From Felis catus (Eukaryota): a DNA stretch of 64,000 nt. The DNA lies in contig NC_058368.1 in the NCBI RefSeq assembly GCF_018350175.1, positions 192,078,001 to 192,142,000 on the forward strand, read 5' to 3'. The first letter of the stretch is position 1, and every line of letters begins with the position of its first letter. This document shows positions 1 through 12,630 of the stretch, piece by piece. The position numbers and the translations under genes are program-made. A model generated the notes under the pieces. That model had not been told where the DNA came from. It was given only the letters and a program-made list of their open reading frames with translations, and made no database searches.

Positions 1-530
1 AGATGTACATGTACCCCAATGTTTATAAGAGCATTATCAACAATATCCAAACTATGGAGAAAGCCCAAATGTCCATTGACTGATGAAAGAATAAAGAAGA
101 TATGTTGTATATATACAATGGAATATTACTCAGCAATCAAAAAGAATGAAATCCTGCCATTTGCAATGATGTGAATGGAGCTGGAGAGTATCATGCTAAC
201 CAAAATAAGACAGTCAGAGAAAGACAAATGATTTCACTCATATGTGGAATTTAAGAAACAAAATGAATGAAAATATGGGAAGGGGGAAAAAAAGAGACAG
301 GGAAGCAAACCATAAGAGAACAGGATTGTTGGAGGGAGGTGAGTGGGGAATGGGCTAGGTGGGTGATAGGTATTGAGGATGGCACTTTTTATGATGAGCA
401 CTGGATGTTGTATGTAAGTGAAGAATCACTAAATTCTACTCCTAAAATTAATATTACACTATATATTAACTAGAATTTAAATAAAAATTTGAAGAAAAAA
501 AACAATGAAGTAAAAAAAAAGAAAGAAAGA
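1..530 (+). mobile_element. L1 3' end (carnivore L1), truncated by window start
   Basis: ORF2 C-terminal motifs (CCCCAATGTTTATA, GGAATATTACTCAGC), G-rich 3'UTR, AATAAA and A-rich tail ~480-530. Confidence 0.9.
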
Positions 531-701
531 AATTGTATCTACAAAGGAGAACAATGAAATCAACTTAGATGAAAAATCTTATTTTATTAAAGTTAATAAG
601 AAAATGTGATTTTTTAAAAATATTCAATATCACTAATCTAGACCAGTTTATAAAGTATTTCATGATCAACCTCTTATATCCTTTGTCAACTTTATCTCTT
701 G

Positions 702-920
702 TTTTTATTTTTTTAAGTTTATTTATTTATTTTGAGAGAGAGAGAGCATGCACACAGGCAGAGGAGGGGCAGAGAGGGAGACAGGGAGAATCTCAAGCAG
801 GCTCTGCACTGCCAGTGCAGAACCCGATGTGGGGATTGAACTCAGAAACCACTGTGAGATTATGACCTGAGCCAAAACCAAGAGTCAAATGCTTAACCGA
901 CTGAGCCACCCCAGCGCCCC
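702..920 (-). mobile_element. CAN-SINE (SINEC)
   Basis: T-rich tail, (GA)n body, ends CTGAGCCACCCCAGCGCCCC = reverse complement of tRNA-derived head. Confidence 0.93.
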
Positions 921-1030
921 TCCAAATTTATCTTAACACTCTGTGCTCACCCCACATTTTCTATACAGTCAATATTTTACCTGGCTTCTTACAATTTCCC
1001 CCACTATATCATAATATTTACATCTCTACA

Positions 1031-1238
1031 AGGCACCTGAGTGGCTCAGTTGGTTAGGCATCTGACTTCAGCTCAGGTCATGATCTCACAGTTTGTGAGT
1101 TTGAGCTCTGTGATGACAGCTCAGAGCCTGGAGCCTGCTTTAGATTCTGTGTCTCCCTCTCTCTCTCTGCCCCTCCCCTCCTCGTGCTCTGCCTCTCTGT
1201 TTCTCAAAAATAAATACATGTTTAAAAATAATTAAAGA
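1031..1238 (+). mobile_element. CAN-SINE (SINEC)
   Basis: GGCACCTGAGTGGCTCAGTTGGTTA head, (CT)n, AATAAA tail; flanking near-duplication ATAATATTTAYATCT. Confidence 0.93.
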
Positions 1239-1254
1239 AATAATATTTATATAT

Positions 1255-2292
1255 CTATGCTTTTATTTTCTTAAATTCAATGTTACCTCTACTATTGGCT
1301 TATTAAATATACTGCCTTCTAATATTTTTAGTTGCTTCCCTAGGATTTATCAGTCTACTTTCAAATATTATGTTACTTCATGTAAAGTAAATGAACTTTA
1401 CAAAGTATACTTCCATTTTCCTCCTCCCCGTAATGTTGTTGTTGTACATTTTATCATTATAGGCATCACACCCCAAAATGCATTATTACCATTTTTGCTT
1501 TAAGCAGTTATCTTTCAGAATGATTTCAAAATATGAATAAAATTCATTTATAATTATCTTTATTTTTACCATCTTTGAAGCTCTTCATTTCTTTGCATAC
1601 ATCCTGGTTTCTCTCTGGTGTCATGTTACTTGTACCTGAAGAATTTTCTTTACCATTTCTTCTAGCCAAGTCCATTGGCAATAAATTCTCTCAGCTTTTG
1701 TTCGTCCGAAAAATCTCTCTACTTTCCCTTCAATCTTGAATGATCTTTCACTGGGTATAAAATTCTAGGTGGCCAGGGTTTCTTTTTTCTTTTCAGTAAT
1801 TTAAAGATATCACTTTATTGCCTACTTGTATATCTTCTGAAAGAAGTCAGCTGTAATTCTTACCTTTATTCCCATCAGTGTCTTTTTTATGAACATTTTC
1901 AATATTTTCTTGCTATTATTAGTTTTCAGCAGTTTGTGTGTGTTTAGTTGTGGGTTTTCTTATTGTTATTTTCATTTTTTTAAATCCTTCTGAGTGTTCT
2001 GAGTTATCTAGATCTGTACTTCGGTAGTTTTACTTATTTTTGGAACATTCTCAAATATTTCTTCTGCCGCATTCTGTCTCCATTATTTTCTTCTAGTGTT
2101 TCAACTATACAAATGCCAAGCCATTTGATATTGTGTCACAACTCTTGGATATTCTGTTACGTATTTTTTTCATTGCGTTGCAGTTTGGGTAATTCTTACT
2201 GACCTATCTTGAGTTCACGGATCCTCTCCTCCTGTGTCAAGGAAGCTCCTGATGAGCCTAACAAAAGAATTCTTTATGTCTGATTTGTGTGT

Positions 2293-2333
<41 letters not shown>

Positions 2334-3300
2334 CTGGCATTTCTAGGTAACTTACAGATTTTGTCTCCACTGAAATTCCCCCATCTGCTCATATATGTTA
2401 TTTTGTTCACCTTTTCCACTAGGTCCTTTAACATATTAATCATTATTACTTAAAGTCCTGACAGTCCCTGATAGTTCTAACATCTTGGTCATCTCTGAAT
2501 CTGGCTCTGTTGATTGCCTTGTCTCTTGATGATGGGTTTTCCTTATTGCTATTTTGTGTGTCTCATGATTACTTATTAAATGACAGATATTGTGTGTAGA
2601 GCAGTGAGATCAATAGCATTTCTACTTGGAAATAGGCATGCCTCTACTTTAGTCAGGCCATCAGTGTCAGGGACTGAGTCAGTCTAGCAAATGTAATGCA
2701 GTTGAGGCTAGAAATGTGCTCATGCAGTACACCTGATCTTTTGAGCCTCTGCTTTTTCCTCTAGCAATAATGAACCCTTAGGTATTTCAGAGGGTTACAA
2801 AGTGCTGCCCTTTCCCAGCAGTTTAAGTCTTTCGCTCTGTCAAGAGAAAGAGTTCTGGGCAAGAGGGCAGGATTTTATACCTTTCTCACAATCCCCTCCC
2901 CCATACCTGCATTAACAAGGATGACTGTCTCTGGTCTCTTGTCCTACCTTCAAACTTTCTCGTGAATACCTGGTGAGGATGTAGAGAGTCCCCAATTTCT
3001 CTTACTTTATGCCACCCCATACTCACCCTAAAACAATTTCGTTTACATGTTATTTAATTTCTTCTTACTTATGTTTATAGCAGCCTCCCCCTTCTGGTTT
3101 TCTGTCACAGAGGAGACAGTCTACATGTCGAATCTCATGTTGGAGAGGCTGCTTCCAATCTCTGAATTTAGGCTGTTTGCTCTGTGACCTCAGTTCTTTA
3201 ATAAGTTGAAAAACAAGTTATGATTTTGTGATCAGCTGAATTTTTCTCATTGTTCTAGTGGGAATGATGCTCTTTCCAACTTTCTATATGCTAAGTGGAA
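1255..3300 (-). mobile_element. Ancient L1M fragment (5'/ORF1 region)
   Basis: T-rich strand with typical antisense ORF1 motifs (AATTCTCTCAGCTTTTG, ACTGGGTATAAAATTCTAGGT, AAGTCAGCTGTAATTCT). Confidence 0.7.
2286..2331. repeat. (TG)n microsatellite
   Basis: direct reading. Confidence 0.95.
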
Positions 3301-3329
3301 ACATAGTCCTCTATGTTTTTGTACACAGT

Positions 3330-3560
3330 AATAATAGAAGTTACTATTTATTGCGTATTTATTATGTGCCCAGCATGGTGCTATAGGATTTACATGAATT
3401 AGCTCACTTAATCCTCACCATTATTACATTCACTTCCTAGGTTAGGAAACCAAGATAGAGCAGTTAACTTGCCCAAGGTCTCACAGTCACTGAGTGGTAG
3501 ACACTGAATACAAACCCACATGGTCTGACTCAGGAGCAGTGCTATGATTCTATACTATTG
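3330..3560 (-). mobile_element. MIR SINE
   Basis: core TTAACTTGCCCAAGGTCTCACAG, ATTTATTG...TATGTGCC end. Confidence 0.8.
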
Positions 3561-4604
3561 TCTCTGCCTTAAGAGCCCCTTGGGGACAGAGATAAGTCCT
3601 ATTCTTGTGTTTATTTTTCCAGAGTCTTTCACATTGTCTCATTCAAAAGAAGCATTCAGTCAATGTTTGTTGAAGAAAGTAATTAAAGGCCTTTCTCCTG
3701 GCCCTGAAAGTCAAAGTGGGGTTTGGAGGCAATAACCTGTGAGAGGCTCACCTCATCTCATTGCTCCTTCTCACCTTCCAGTCCCACACACAGGAACTGT
3801 ATGTCATAATACATGATGATAAAAAGTCCCCAGTACCTTGAACAATCTCCTCCCCATGCTGAACAAGTCAATCCATGACAAGAAAGAAATGATTAATGGC
3901 TTCTCTGCCAGGTGATGCTTGCTTGATTAACAGGAAATATGGTCCATATTTCATATAAGTTTCCCTAAACTTCAAACACAAAGACTGAAAGTTCATACTC
4001 TGCTCTATCGAGCTATAACTTCACATTGTGTGTCTTTGCCCTCCTTTCATCCCAATTAAGCAATAAAAACTTAAAGGGCAAAATCTACCAATTGCACTTC
4101 TCTGTATCCCACATAGGACCTAGTGCAAAGCTCTAGAAATACCTGTTGAATTAAGGAATGAAAAAGATTAATATCAACTGCTCCAATGTTGCAGTCCAAA
4201 CAAACCATGTCAGAGTAACATTCTTCTACTGAATGCTGGAAATTTTTAGGATATATATTATTCAAAGGCTTGGCACCGAACTGTTTTGGAGATAAGTCAG
4301 GTTTATCCAACATGGGTGAATGTCAGCTCTAAATCTTTGTATTTGTTATTCTCCTTCTGAGTCTTCAATCTGAAATGATGCTGGACTTGGAAAACATAAA
4401 ATCTATGTTCTTGCCCAAGTTTTGCCATTTATTAACATTAAAAATAGGGGTCATTATATCTCAGACGCTGACTTTTTGTGAGAATGGAATAAGCTGACAA
4501 ATGCAAAAGCACCTCAGAAATTATAAAGTATTATATAAATGTATTCTTATTATAATCATTGCCTCTCAGGTCAATGCATTTAAATCTCATGCTTAGTAAT
4601 TGGA

Positions 4605-4820
4605 ATAATAATAACCAATTTTTATTTAAGGCTTACAGGCTTCTAGCCTATAATATAATTTAACCCTCCAATAAAATTACTATGTATTAAATACTATCAT
4701 TAGCCCCATTATATAAGGAAACACTGAGACTCAGTGAGGTTAAAGGGCTAGGTTAAGGTCACACAGTAAGTTAGAGAGTCTGGATTCAAACCCAAGCAGT
4801 CTGGTTCCAGAAACCCCATT
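4605..4820 (-). mobile_element. MIR SINE (interrupted by CAN-SINE)
   Basis: ACTGAGACTCAGTGAGGTTAA...GGTCACACAG...GGATTCAAACCCA core. Confidence 0.8.
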
Positions 4821-4823
4821 CTC

Positions 4824-5063
4824 TTAAGTTTATTTATTTATTATTTGAGAGAGGGAGAGACAGAGAGAGGAAGAGAAAGAGAGAGAGAAAGAGCAGAGGA
4901 AGGGCAGAGAGAGAGGGAGGGGTGAAAGAGAATCCTCAGCAGGCTCCACACTGTCAGTACAAGGAGCCTGATGTGGGGGACTCCATCCCATGAACCGTGA
5001 AATCATGACTTGAGCAGAAACCAAGAGTCAGACACTCAACCGACTGAGCCACCCAGGCATCCG
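4824..5063 (-). mobile_element. CAN-SINE (SINEC)
   Basis: reverse SINEC; degenerate TSD CAGAAACCC..CTCTTAAG at 4808 and 5064. Confidence 0.93.
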
Positions 5064-5149
5064 CAGAAACCCTACTCTTAAGCACAGTACTCTGCTATCT
5101 CCTAAATGGAAAGCAGAGATTTTATTAAATCTAGTTATGAAAAATCTGG

Positions 5150-5500
5150 TTAAAGAGTGAGATCATGGGACATTTCATGGGTTCTATTCTTAACCATCAT
5201 CTCTATAATATCCCCAGATGATCTCTTCTACCTTATTGTTTTAACCATCACCTATGTGCTAATAGTATCCAAATTTCTGTCATCCTGGCCTCTATATTCA
5301 TCTATCTACCCAACCATCCAGTCATTCATTTATTCAACAAATATCCATCAAGCATTTACATGTCAGGCCTGAGCTAGATGTTGAATGGAGAATAAAATAC
5401 ATAAATAAGAGAGCTGATCTCATGGGGTTTACTTTATACAGGATGGGGAAAGGCAATGAATAAATATGTTTATTAATTTAAAATTAATACAAGAATTTCA
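5150..5500. mobile_element. L2 fragments
   Basis: CATTCATTTATTCAACAAATAT L2 3' terminus and adjacent L2-like sequence. Confidence 0.65.
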
Positions 5501-5504
5501 TATA

Positions 5505-5730
5505 GTGTTACACTGCCTGAATGTTTCAAGGGTGAGCATCCCAAAAGGGAGAGTCTGGTGGAAGCTGTATTGCTTTTTCTAACATAGACCCAGATGTCAA
5601 CAAAATCACTTCACTCTACTCATTAAGAGTGAGTCACTACGACTAACCCATACTCATGGGGAAGGGAAATAAAGCCCATCTTTTGATGGAAAGCATGCCA
5701 AAGGATTTGCTAATATGCTTTAAAACTATT
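5505..5730. mobile_element. Old MaLR (MLT1-type) LTR fragment
   Basis: GGAAGCTGTATTGCTTTTTCTAAC...GAGTCACTA...CCCATCTTTTGATGGAA resembles recalled MLT1 consensus. Confidence 0.5.
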
Positions 5731-7011
5731 ATCCCCGCCATTTTGTCTAAACTTCAGAGAAATATGAGCATCTCAGCTCCCACAGTCAAATCTGGAAGCT
5801 TTAACTAAAGCTGCTTGGACACCCCCAGTATAAGCTCAACTATATTCTTCAAGGAACAACTCTGGAACTCCAGGAAGATGGCTCTGTCCATTCTGTCCAA
5901 TTTAACCCTTCATCTTCCCTCTTCTGAGCTCACAGCACCCACTCTCTCATCATGACAATGCTTTGATGGTTATTCCATATTTCAACCCATATCAATATAG
6001 AACTTTTTCTGGTCTCCTCATCTGGGTCATTGGCTCCCAGAAAGTATTAACTATTTATCATACACATGATTTCTGAGTATCTTTCACAGTATTTTAAATG
6101 GAGCTATAGTCATGGGTCATGGAATGGAGACAAGAAGGAAGGAATTTTTCTCTATTTTCTGAGAACACCTGTTGCTCTAAGACCTACTCTAACTTTTACA
6201 TTATATGAACTATAATATATATATACACACACACACATTGTGTAGATCACTCTGCAAATTATGTAAAATATTGGAATCTCTGATACTTAGGAAGTCTTTA
6301 AAGATCACCTAAAGTTCAACCGCCCTATTCTTTTCCTCAAGTTTTACAAACATTGTTTTATTTAATTCACATAATAAACCCATGAGGAAGGTACTATTAT
6401 TATCTACATTTCTCCCATGAGAAAAATGAAGCTAAGAAAAAGATACCCTCAAATTTACACCAGCCAGCAAATGGAAGCTCAGATATGGGTCTTCCTGAAT
6501 CCAAATTAGTGGGGCCCATCAATGAGGAATTTCAAGTCCAAGAAAGGCAAAGACTTGCCCAAATTTAGGATTAACTTCCCAATTCCCAATGCAATGTTCC
6601 ACTCAGATAAATAAGAGAAAACTCTATCCTTACTAAATTCAAAATTAGAATCAGCTCATCACCAGCCTAAAATTGCAGATCATAAATTTTATCTTCATTT
6701 TTTTCCCTCTTGGGCCTGAATTCAAATAAGCAGGAAAAGGTGAAAGGGCAAAAAAAAATCATAGAAAGAGGGAGCTCTGATAATACAACATCTTGCCACA
6801 TGAAAAGGTCAAATGATACTCTGTGTCAGTCCATAATAGGCTGCAATTTGAGCGGCCCCAGCCATGAAATACCTGGCAATTTCCTGACCTTTTTAGCTGT
6901 GGCTGTAAGTGCTTTGATTCTTGGGACATTCTATATATATATTTGAAACTAACTAAAAAAGCTGTTTCTAGAAACTCTGCTCTCATGATATAAAATATAA
7001 CCTACAGGCAT

Positions 7012-7627
7012 GTGTGATGGACAATGTTTGCTCATGGTTTCTTAGTTTGCTATGCTTCATTTTGGCTGCCAATTATCGAATGTCCTTCCTGCCACTGCAA
7101 ATATCTCATCTTAAGAATCTTGGTTGGAGGCAGTATCCACGTCCCATCACAGAGGCTGAAAAGGCAAGACACTCCTCTCCCAGCCTCCCTTGCAACTAAG
7201 GGATAAAACCTGGGCTTGATCAATCAGATGCCTCTATCCCGGACTTTGAGTAAGGAAATAGTGACACAAATAAGCAAGAACAGACGAGAATCTGTGCTGG
7301 TAATGGGAGCCACAATAGCAGCAGAAGCTTCTGATTTCCAAAGTCATCCGACTCAGGAATCCTCTGCCTATTGCTGTGGCAGAGCGAGCCATGGCATCCA
7401 ACATTCCACAGAGGGGACAGCGTTGTCTTCACAAACTGATTGTAAGCATGATTTTGGTGGTGGTTATAGCTTCTGCACATTATCCCTTGCTTCTGTCCAT
7501 GTTCTGAGCCTGAATCTCCAAACTCCAGGGATTCTTTGACCAAACCAGTATCACTGTAATAAACTTTTTCCTGTGTAAGCCATCCAGGGGCATTTTCTTT
7601 TGCTTGCAACTAAGAACCCTGAAACAT
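7012..7627 (+). mobile_element. ERVL solo LTR (LTR16/LTR33 type)
   Basis: TG...CA ends, CCCAGCCTCCCTTGCAACTAAGG, GGACTTTGA, AATAAA, TTGCTTGCAACTAAGAACCCTGA terminus. Confidence 0.75.
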
Positions 7628-7789
7628 CAATGAATAAAATTAAAATGTAAGAAAAATAAGAGGGATGAGATGAAGTAGAATTTCTTTAAAAATTATATTG
7701 AAATGTACTTGATGGAAAATCTCAAACTGACTCATGTAGAAAGGAGTCAATACCTCTGGCTATTATCACATTTTCACAATTTATAAAAC

Positions 7790-8250
7790 AGGATCAAGAT
7801 CTAGACTGATTTCCCACTCATATCTTGGTCTCCCTCTAGATAATCTCCACTTCTGTCAAGGATACTGTCAATTTTCTCATCACAAAGCTTGAAACTCCTA
7901 CAATTATCCTCACTTTTCCTCTACCTTCTAGCCATTAATGAAATACTTTCTATTTTCCCTAATAATGACTTCTCTGATCTCTTCGTGACTTCATAATCCC
8001 ACTGGCCAAACTCAATACAAAAGAGTATCACCTCCTACATGAGTCACTGCTTTAATTTTTTAAACTAGCCTACTTGTCTCCAATATGTCCTATGCCAAAT
8101 TAATTTTCCCAAGACATTGTGCCTCATCACTCTCCAGATCAAAGTCCTCAATAGCTGACCACTGTCTGCAAGATAAAATCTAAACTGTTCAGCATGATAT
8201 ATGAGGCACGTCATGATCTGATGCTTTCTTACCTTTCCCGTTTGACCACC
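7790..8250 (+). mobile_element. L2 fragment
   Basis: ATAAAATCTAAACTGTTCAGCATGATATATGAGGC-type L2 3' region motifs. Confidence 0.55.
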
Positions 8251-8645
8251 ACATGCATTACAATAGTATTTGATCGAGGGAAATATTTTTATACTGATTT
8301 TTAAATAAAATCAATAGATATAATGCATGCTTGAATAGAGAATATGTATAGCAATTAAAAATTACCAAAAATGTTGCAAGAAGATTTTTATGGCCATAAT
8401 GTTAAAACAACCAATGCTAAAAATAACTGTCATGTACAAAATGCTTATTATATGCCAGACAATGTTCTAAATGTTCTGCTAGTTTTGTCTATATAAATAT
8501 TACAGCAATGTCATAAGGTAGGTGTTATTTACATGTGGGAAAACTGCAGTGTTGAGGGACTGAGGAATGTATTCAAAATCATTCAGCCAATAAATACAGT
8601 GCAAAAATTCAAATGCCATGAAGTCTATTTTTAAATAAGGACCAT

Positions 8646-10305
8646 ATTTTCTTTTTTTTTCAATGTATGAGATTTATTGTCTAATTGGTTTCCATACAAC
8701 ACCCAGAGCTCATCCCAACAGGTGCCCTCCTCAATACCCATCACCCACCCTCCCTCCCACCCCCCATCAACCCTCAGTTTGTTCTCAGATTTTAACAGTC
8801 TCTTATGGTTTGGCTCTCTCCCACTCTAACCTCTTTTTTTTTCCTTCCCCTCCCCCATTGGTTTCTGTTAAGTTTCTCAGGATCCACATAAGAGTGAAAA
8901 CATGGTATCTGTCGTTCTCTGTATGACTTATTTCACTTAGCATAACACTCTCCAGTTCCATCCACGTTGTTACAAAGGGCCATATTTCATTCTTTCTCAT
9001 TGCCACATAGTACTCCATTGTGTATATAAACCATAATTTCTTTATCCATTCATCAGTTGATAGACATTTAGGCTCTTTCCATAATTTGGCTATTGTTGAA
9101 AGTGCTGCTATAGGGGCGCCTGGGTGGCGCAGTCGGTTAAGCGTCCGACTTCAGCCAGGTCACGATCTCGCGGTCCGTGAGTTCGAGCCCCGCGTCAGGC
9201 TCTGGGCTGATGGCTTGGAGCCTGTTTCCGATTCTGTGTCTCCCTCTCTCTCTGCCCCTCGCCCGTTCATGCTCTGTCTCTCTCTGTCCCCAAAATAAAT
9301 AAACGTTGAAAAAAAAATTAAAAAAAAAAAAAAAAAAAGAAAGTGCTGCTATAAACATTGGGCTACAAGTGCCCCTATGCATCAGTACTCCTGTATCCCT
9401 TGGGTAAATTCCTAGCAGTGCTATTGCTGGGTCAGAGGGTAGGTCTATTTTCAATTTTTTGAGGAATCTCCACACTGTTTTCCCAAGTGGCTGCACCAAT
9501 TTGCATTCCCACCAACAGTGCAAGAGGGTTCCCATTTCTCCACATCCTCGCCAGCATCTATAGTCTCCTGATTTGTTCATTTTGGCCACTCTGACTGGCG
9601 TGAGGTGATATCTGAGTGTGGTTTTGATTTGTATTTCCCTGATGAGGAGCGACATTGAGCATCTTTTCATGTGCCTGTTGGCCATCCGGATGTCTTCTTT
9701 AGAGAAGTGTCTATTCATGTTTTCTGCCCATTTCTTCAGTGGATTATTTGTTTTTCAGGTGTGGAGTTTGGTGAGTTCTTCATAGATTTTGGATACTAGC
9801 CCTTTGTCCGATATATCATTTGCAAATCTCTTTTCCCATTCCGTTGGTTGCCTTTTTGTTTTGTTGATTGTTTCCTTTGCAGTGCAGAAGCTTTTTATCT
9901 TGATGAGGTCCCAATAGTTCATTTTTGCTTTTAATTCCCTTGCCTTTGGAGATGTGTCAAGTAAGAAATTGCCGCGGCTGAGGTCAAAGAGGTCTTTTCC
10001 TGCTTTCTCCTCTAAGGTTTTGATGGTTTCCTGTCTCACATTCAGGGCCTTTATCCATTTTGAGTTTATTTTTGCGAATGGTGTAAGAAAGTGGTCTAGT
10101 TTCATTCTTCTTGCATGTTGCTGTCCAGTTCTCCCAGCATCATTTGTTAAAGAGACTGTCTTTTTTCCACTGGATATTCTTTCCTGCTTTGTCAAAGACT
10201 AGTTGACCATACTTTTGTGGGTCCAATTCTGAAGTCTCTATTCTATTCTATTGGTCTATGCATCTGTTTTTGTGCCAATACCATGCTGTCTTGATGATTA
10301 CAGCT
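8646..10305 (-). mobile_element. Felid L1, 5'-truncated (copy A), ORF2 C-terminus with stop and frameshift
   Basis: ORF translations 9755-10195, 9137-9718, 8803-9018 match L1 ORF2 ([26 protein letters not shown]); poly-T at left end. Confidence 0.97.
9113..9338 (+). mobile_element. Young felid CAN-SINE inserted in L1 copy A
   Basis: CpG-rich head, long A tail, perfect 15-bp TSD GAAAGTGCTGCTATA (9098-9112, 9339-9353). Confidence 0.98.
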
Positions 10306-10872
10306 AGATCTACCCTATGACCCAACAATAGCACTGCTAGGAATTTATCCAAGGGATACAGGAGTGCTGATGCCTAGGGGCACTTGTACCCAATGTTTAT
10401 AATAGCACTTTCAACAATAGCCATATTATGGAAAGAGCCTAAATGTCCATCAACTGATGAATGAATAAAGAAATTGTGGTTTATATACACAATGGAATAC
10501 GACGTGGCAATGAGAAAGAATGAAATGTGGCCTTTTGTAGCAACATGGATGGAACTGAAGAGTGTTATGCTAAGTGAAATAAGTCATACAGAGAAAGACA
10601 GATACCATATGTTTTCACTCTTATGTGGATCCTGAGAAACTTAACAGAAGACCATGGAGGAGGGGAAGGGGAAAAAAAGTTAGAGATGGAGGGAGCCAAA
10701 CCATAAGAGACTCTTAAAAACTGAGAATAAACTGAGGGTTGATGGGGGGTGGGAGGGAGGGGAGAGTGGGTGATGGACATTGAGGAGGGCACCTGTTGGG
10801 ATGAGCACTGGGTGTTATATGGAAACCAATTTGACAATAAATTTCATATTTAAAAAATAATAATAAAATAAA
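10305..10872 (+). mobile_element. Felid L1 3' end (copy C)
   Basis: starts AGATCTACCCTATGACCC (ORF2 DLPYDP), full 3'UTR, AATAAA and A-rich tail. Confidence 0.96.
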
Positions 10873-10967
10873 TTATTTTTTGATATATCCTTTAAGTCAA
10901 TGGTAAAAAGAAGAATATTGCTAGGATCAAATTCCCAGTGGAATCTCATTAACATCTAATAGACTAT

Positions 10968-11150
10968 CAGTGTTCTATGATAATAAGTTAGATAGCTTGT
11001 AAAAAATCCAGATTCTCTAGCTCTGCCCTTCAGGAATTCTATTCCACTGGGTCTTGCATGGTGTTCAGTACCATACATTTTTATTAAGCACCTGGGTGTT
11101 GCTGATGCAGCTCATGTAACTGGTCCATGACTCTAGTTTTGAGAAAACCT
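10968..11150. mobile_element. MER5-type hAT DNA transposon fossil
   Basis: CAGTGTTCT...AAAAAATCCAGATTC...TTTGAGAAAACCTG. Confidence 0.65.
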
Positions 11151-12072
11151 GAGATAGGTAATCACTGTGTGGTAATGGTCATGAGATATGGGTTCTGTTT
11201 CTTCTGGCTCTGCCATTCACTTGTTGTATGACCTTGAATAACTATTTTCCTGACTCTCAATTGTATCACCGTCCACTGAAGGAGGAAGGTGTAGATGATC
11301 TAACTTTTTACTGCATATTCCACTCACAAATGTGCCACTCCAGGAGGATGAAAAAAGCCTACCTCACATGTTCAAACTAGTCAATTGGTAGTGCCTGCCA
11401 GAAGCTCTGTGTTGGGAAGGATTCTGAGATCTTTCAGATCAGTAAGTGTAAAAATAAGATGACTGTTCAAAGATGTTGTATTGTGCATGTAGGAAGGAGA
11501 TTGGAAATGTATGTTCTATATTTGATTGTCTCAACATAGCCATACAGATTTACTTTTCCTTAATCCATCAGACCATTCCTTCACTCATACTGTTCCCTTA
11601 ACCTTACTGAAATCAGCCCTATATTTACAATGCAAAGACTCCATAAATACTTCCTCATTACCCCTTTCTATATCCCAATTTTCATACTTCCAACAAGTAG
11701 TTGTTTCATTTGCCTTGTAACATGGGTAGCAGCTTATCTGCTTCTGTCTTTCTCAAAAGAAAGCAAGGTTACTGAATCTATGTAGGGCTATAGTAAAATA
11801 ACAAATCTAAGCTGCCTAGAATCCAGTAGAATCAATGACTATTTATTGCAATCTATCAAGCTCTAAAATTCTAGACCTCTAGGGTAAAAGTCATTAAATA
11901 TTGGTGATGGGTGCAACAGACAAAAGATACTTGAGATGAAATTGGAACTCAGAACCTTGGACAGCTCAGGTTTTAGCAGCATTTCTGCTGCAGCTCTGAC
12001 ACAGCCCAAGATATTTTCCACCTTCACTTCTCTGTAAGGATAAGGCTCTCTGCCTTACAGGTATGGAATCTA

Positions 12073-12280
12073 GGGGCATCTGGCTGGCTCAGCTGGTTAA
12101 ACGTTCAACCCTTAGGAGCCAATTTAGGCTCAGGTCATGATCTCAGGGTTCGTGAGACCCAGCCCTGCATCAGGCTTTGCACTGACAGCCCAGAGCCTGC
12201 TTGGGATTCTCTCTCTCCCTCTCTCTATGTCTCTGTCTCTGTTTCTGTCTCTCTCTCAATATAAATAAATAAACAAACAA
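12073..12280 (+). mobile_element. CAN-SINE (SINEC)
   Basis: GGGGCATCTGGCTGGCTCAG head, (CT)n, AATAAA tail. Confidence 0.92.
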
Positions 12281-12374
12281 ATTACAGAATTTTGCAGTCT
12301 CCAGAAAGAGCAACATTCTTGTCTATTAAGGATCTTGAATGTATGTGATTTTCTAACCATTTCTCTCACTGAAG

Positions 12375-12630
12375 AGTAACAATGAACTTAAGAGTCCAGT
12401 CTCTGGGTCAGATTATTCTGGGTCCAGAGTCCTGGCTCCTCCACTTACCAGCTGTGTGACATTAGACAAGTTGTGTGGTATCTTATTGTCTCAGTTACCT
12501 CCTCTGTTACATGAGAACAATCAGTACCTACTTTATAAAACTTTGGTGAAGACAAAAAACTATAATCTACATGTAGTGCTCAGAAGAGCCTAGCACATAA
12601 ATGTCCTTAGTAATGTCAGCTGTTAGCTGC
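12375..12630 (+). mobile_element. MIR SINE
   Basis: CCACTTACCAGCTGTGTGAC...CTCAGTTACCTCCTCTGT core. Confidence 0.8.

Noticed and set aside
3934..3952. Palindrome GAAATATGG-T-CCATATTTC
   Set aside because: 9-bp AT-rich arms are expected by chance in 64 kb.
9113..9195. tRNA genes at SINE heads
   Set aside because: A/B-box tRNA-like heads are followed by CT-rich bodies, A tails and TSDs, so they are CAN-SINEs.
9137..10195. Longest ORFs (193 aa, 146 aa) as genes
   Set aside because: Broken L1 ORF2 C-terminal fragments, one reading into a SINE; the same applies to ORFs at 20.6-21.5, 28.0-28.5, 33.6-34.4 and 57.6-57.9 kb.
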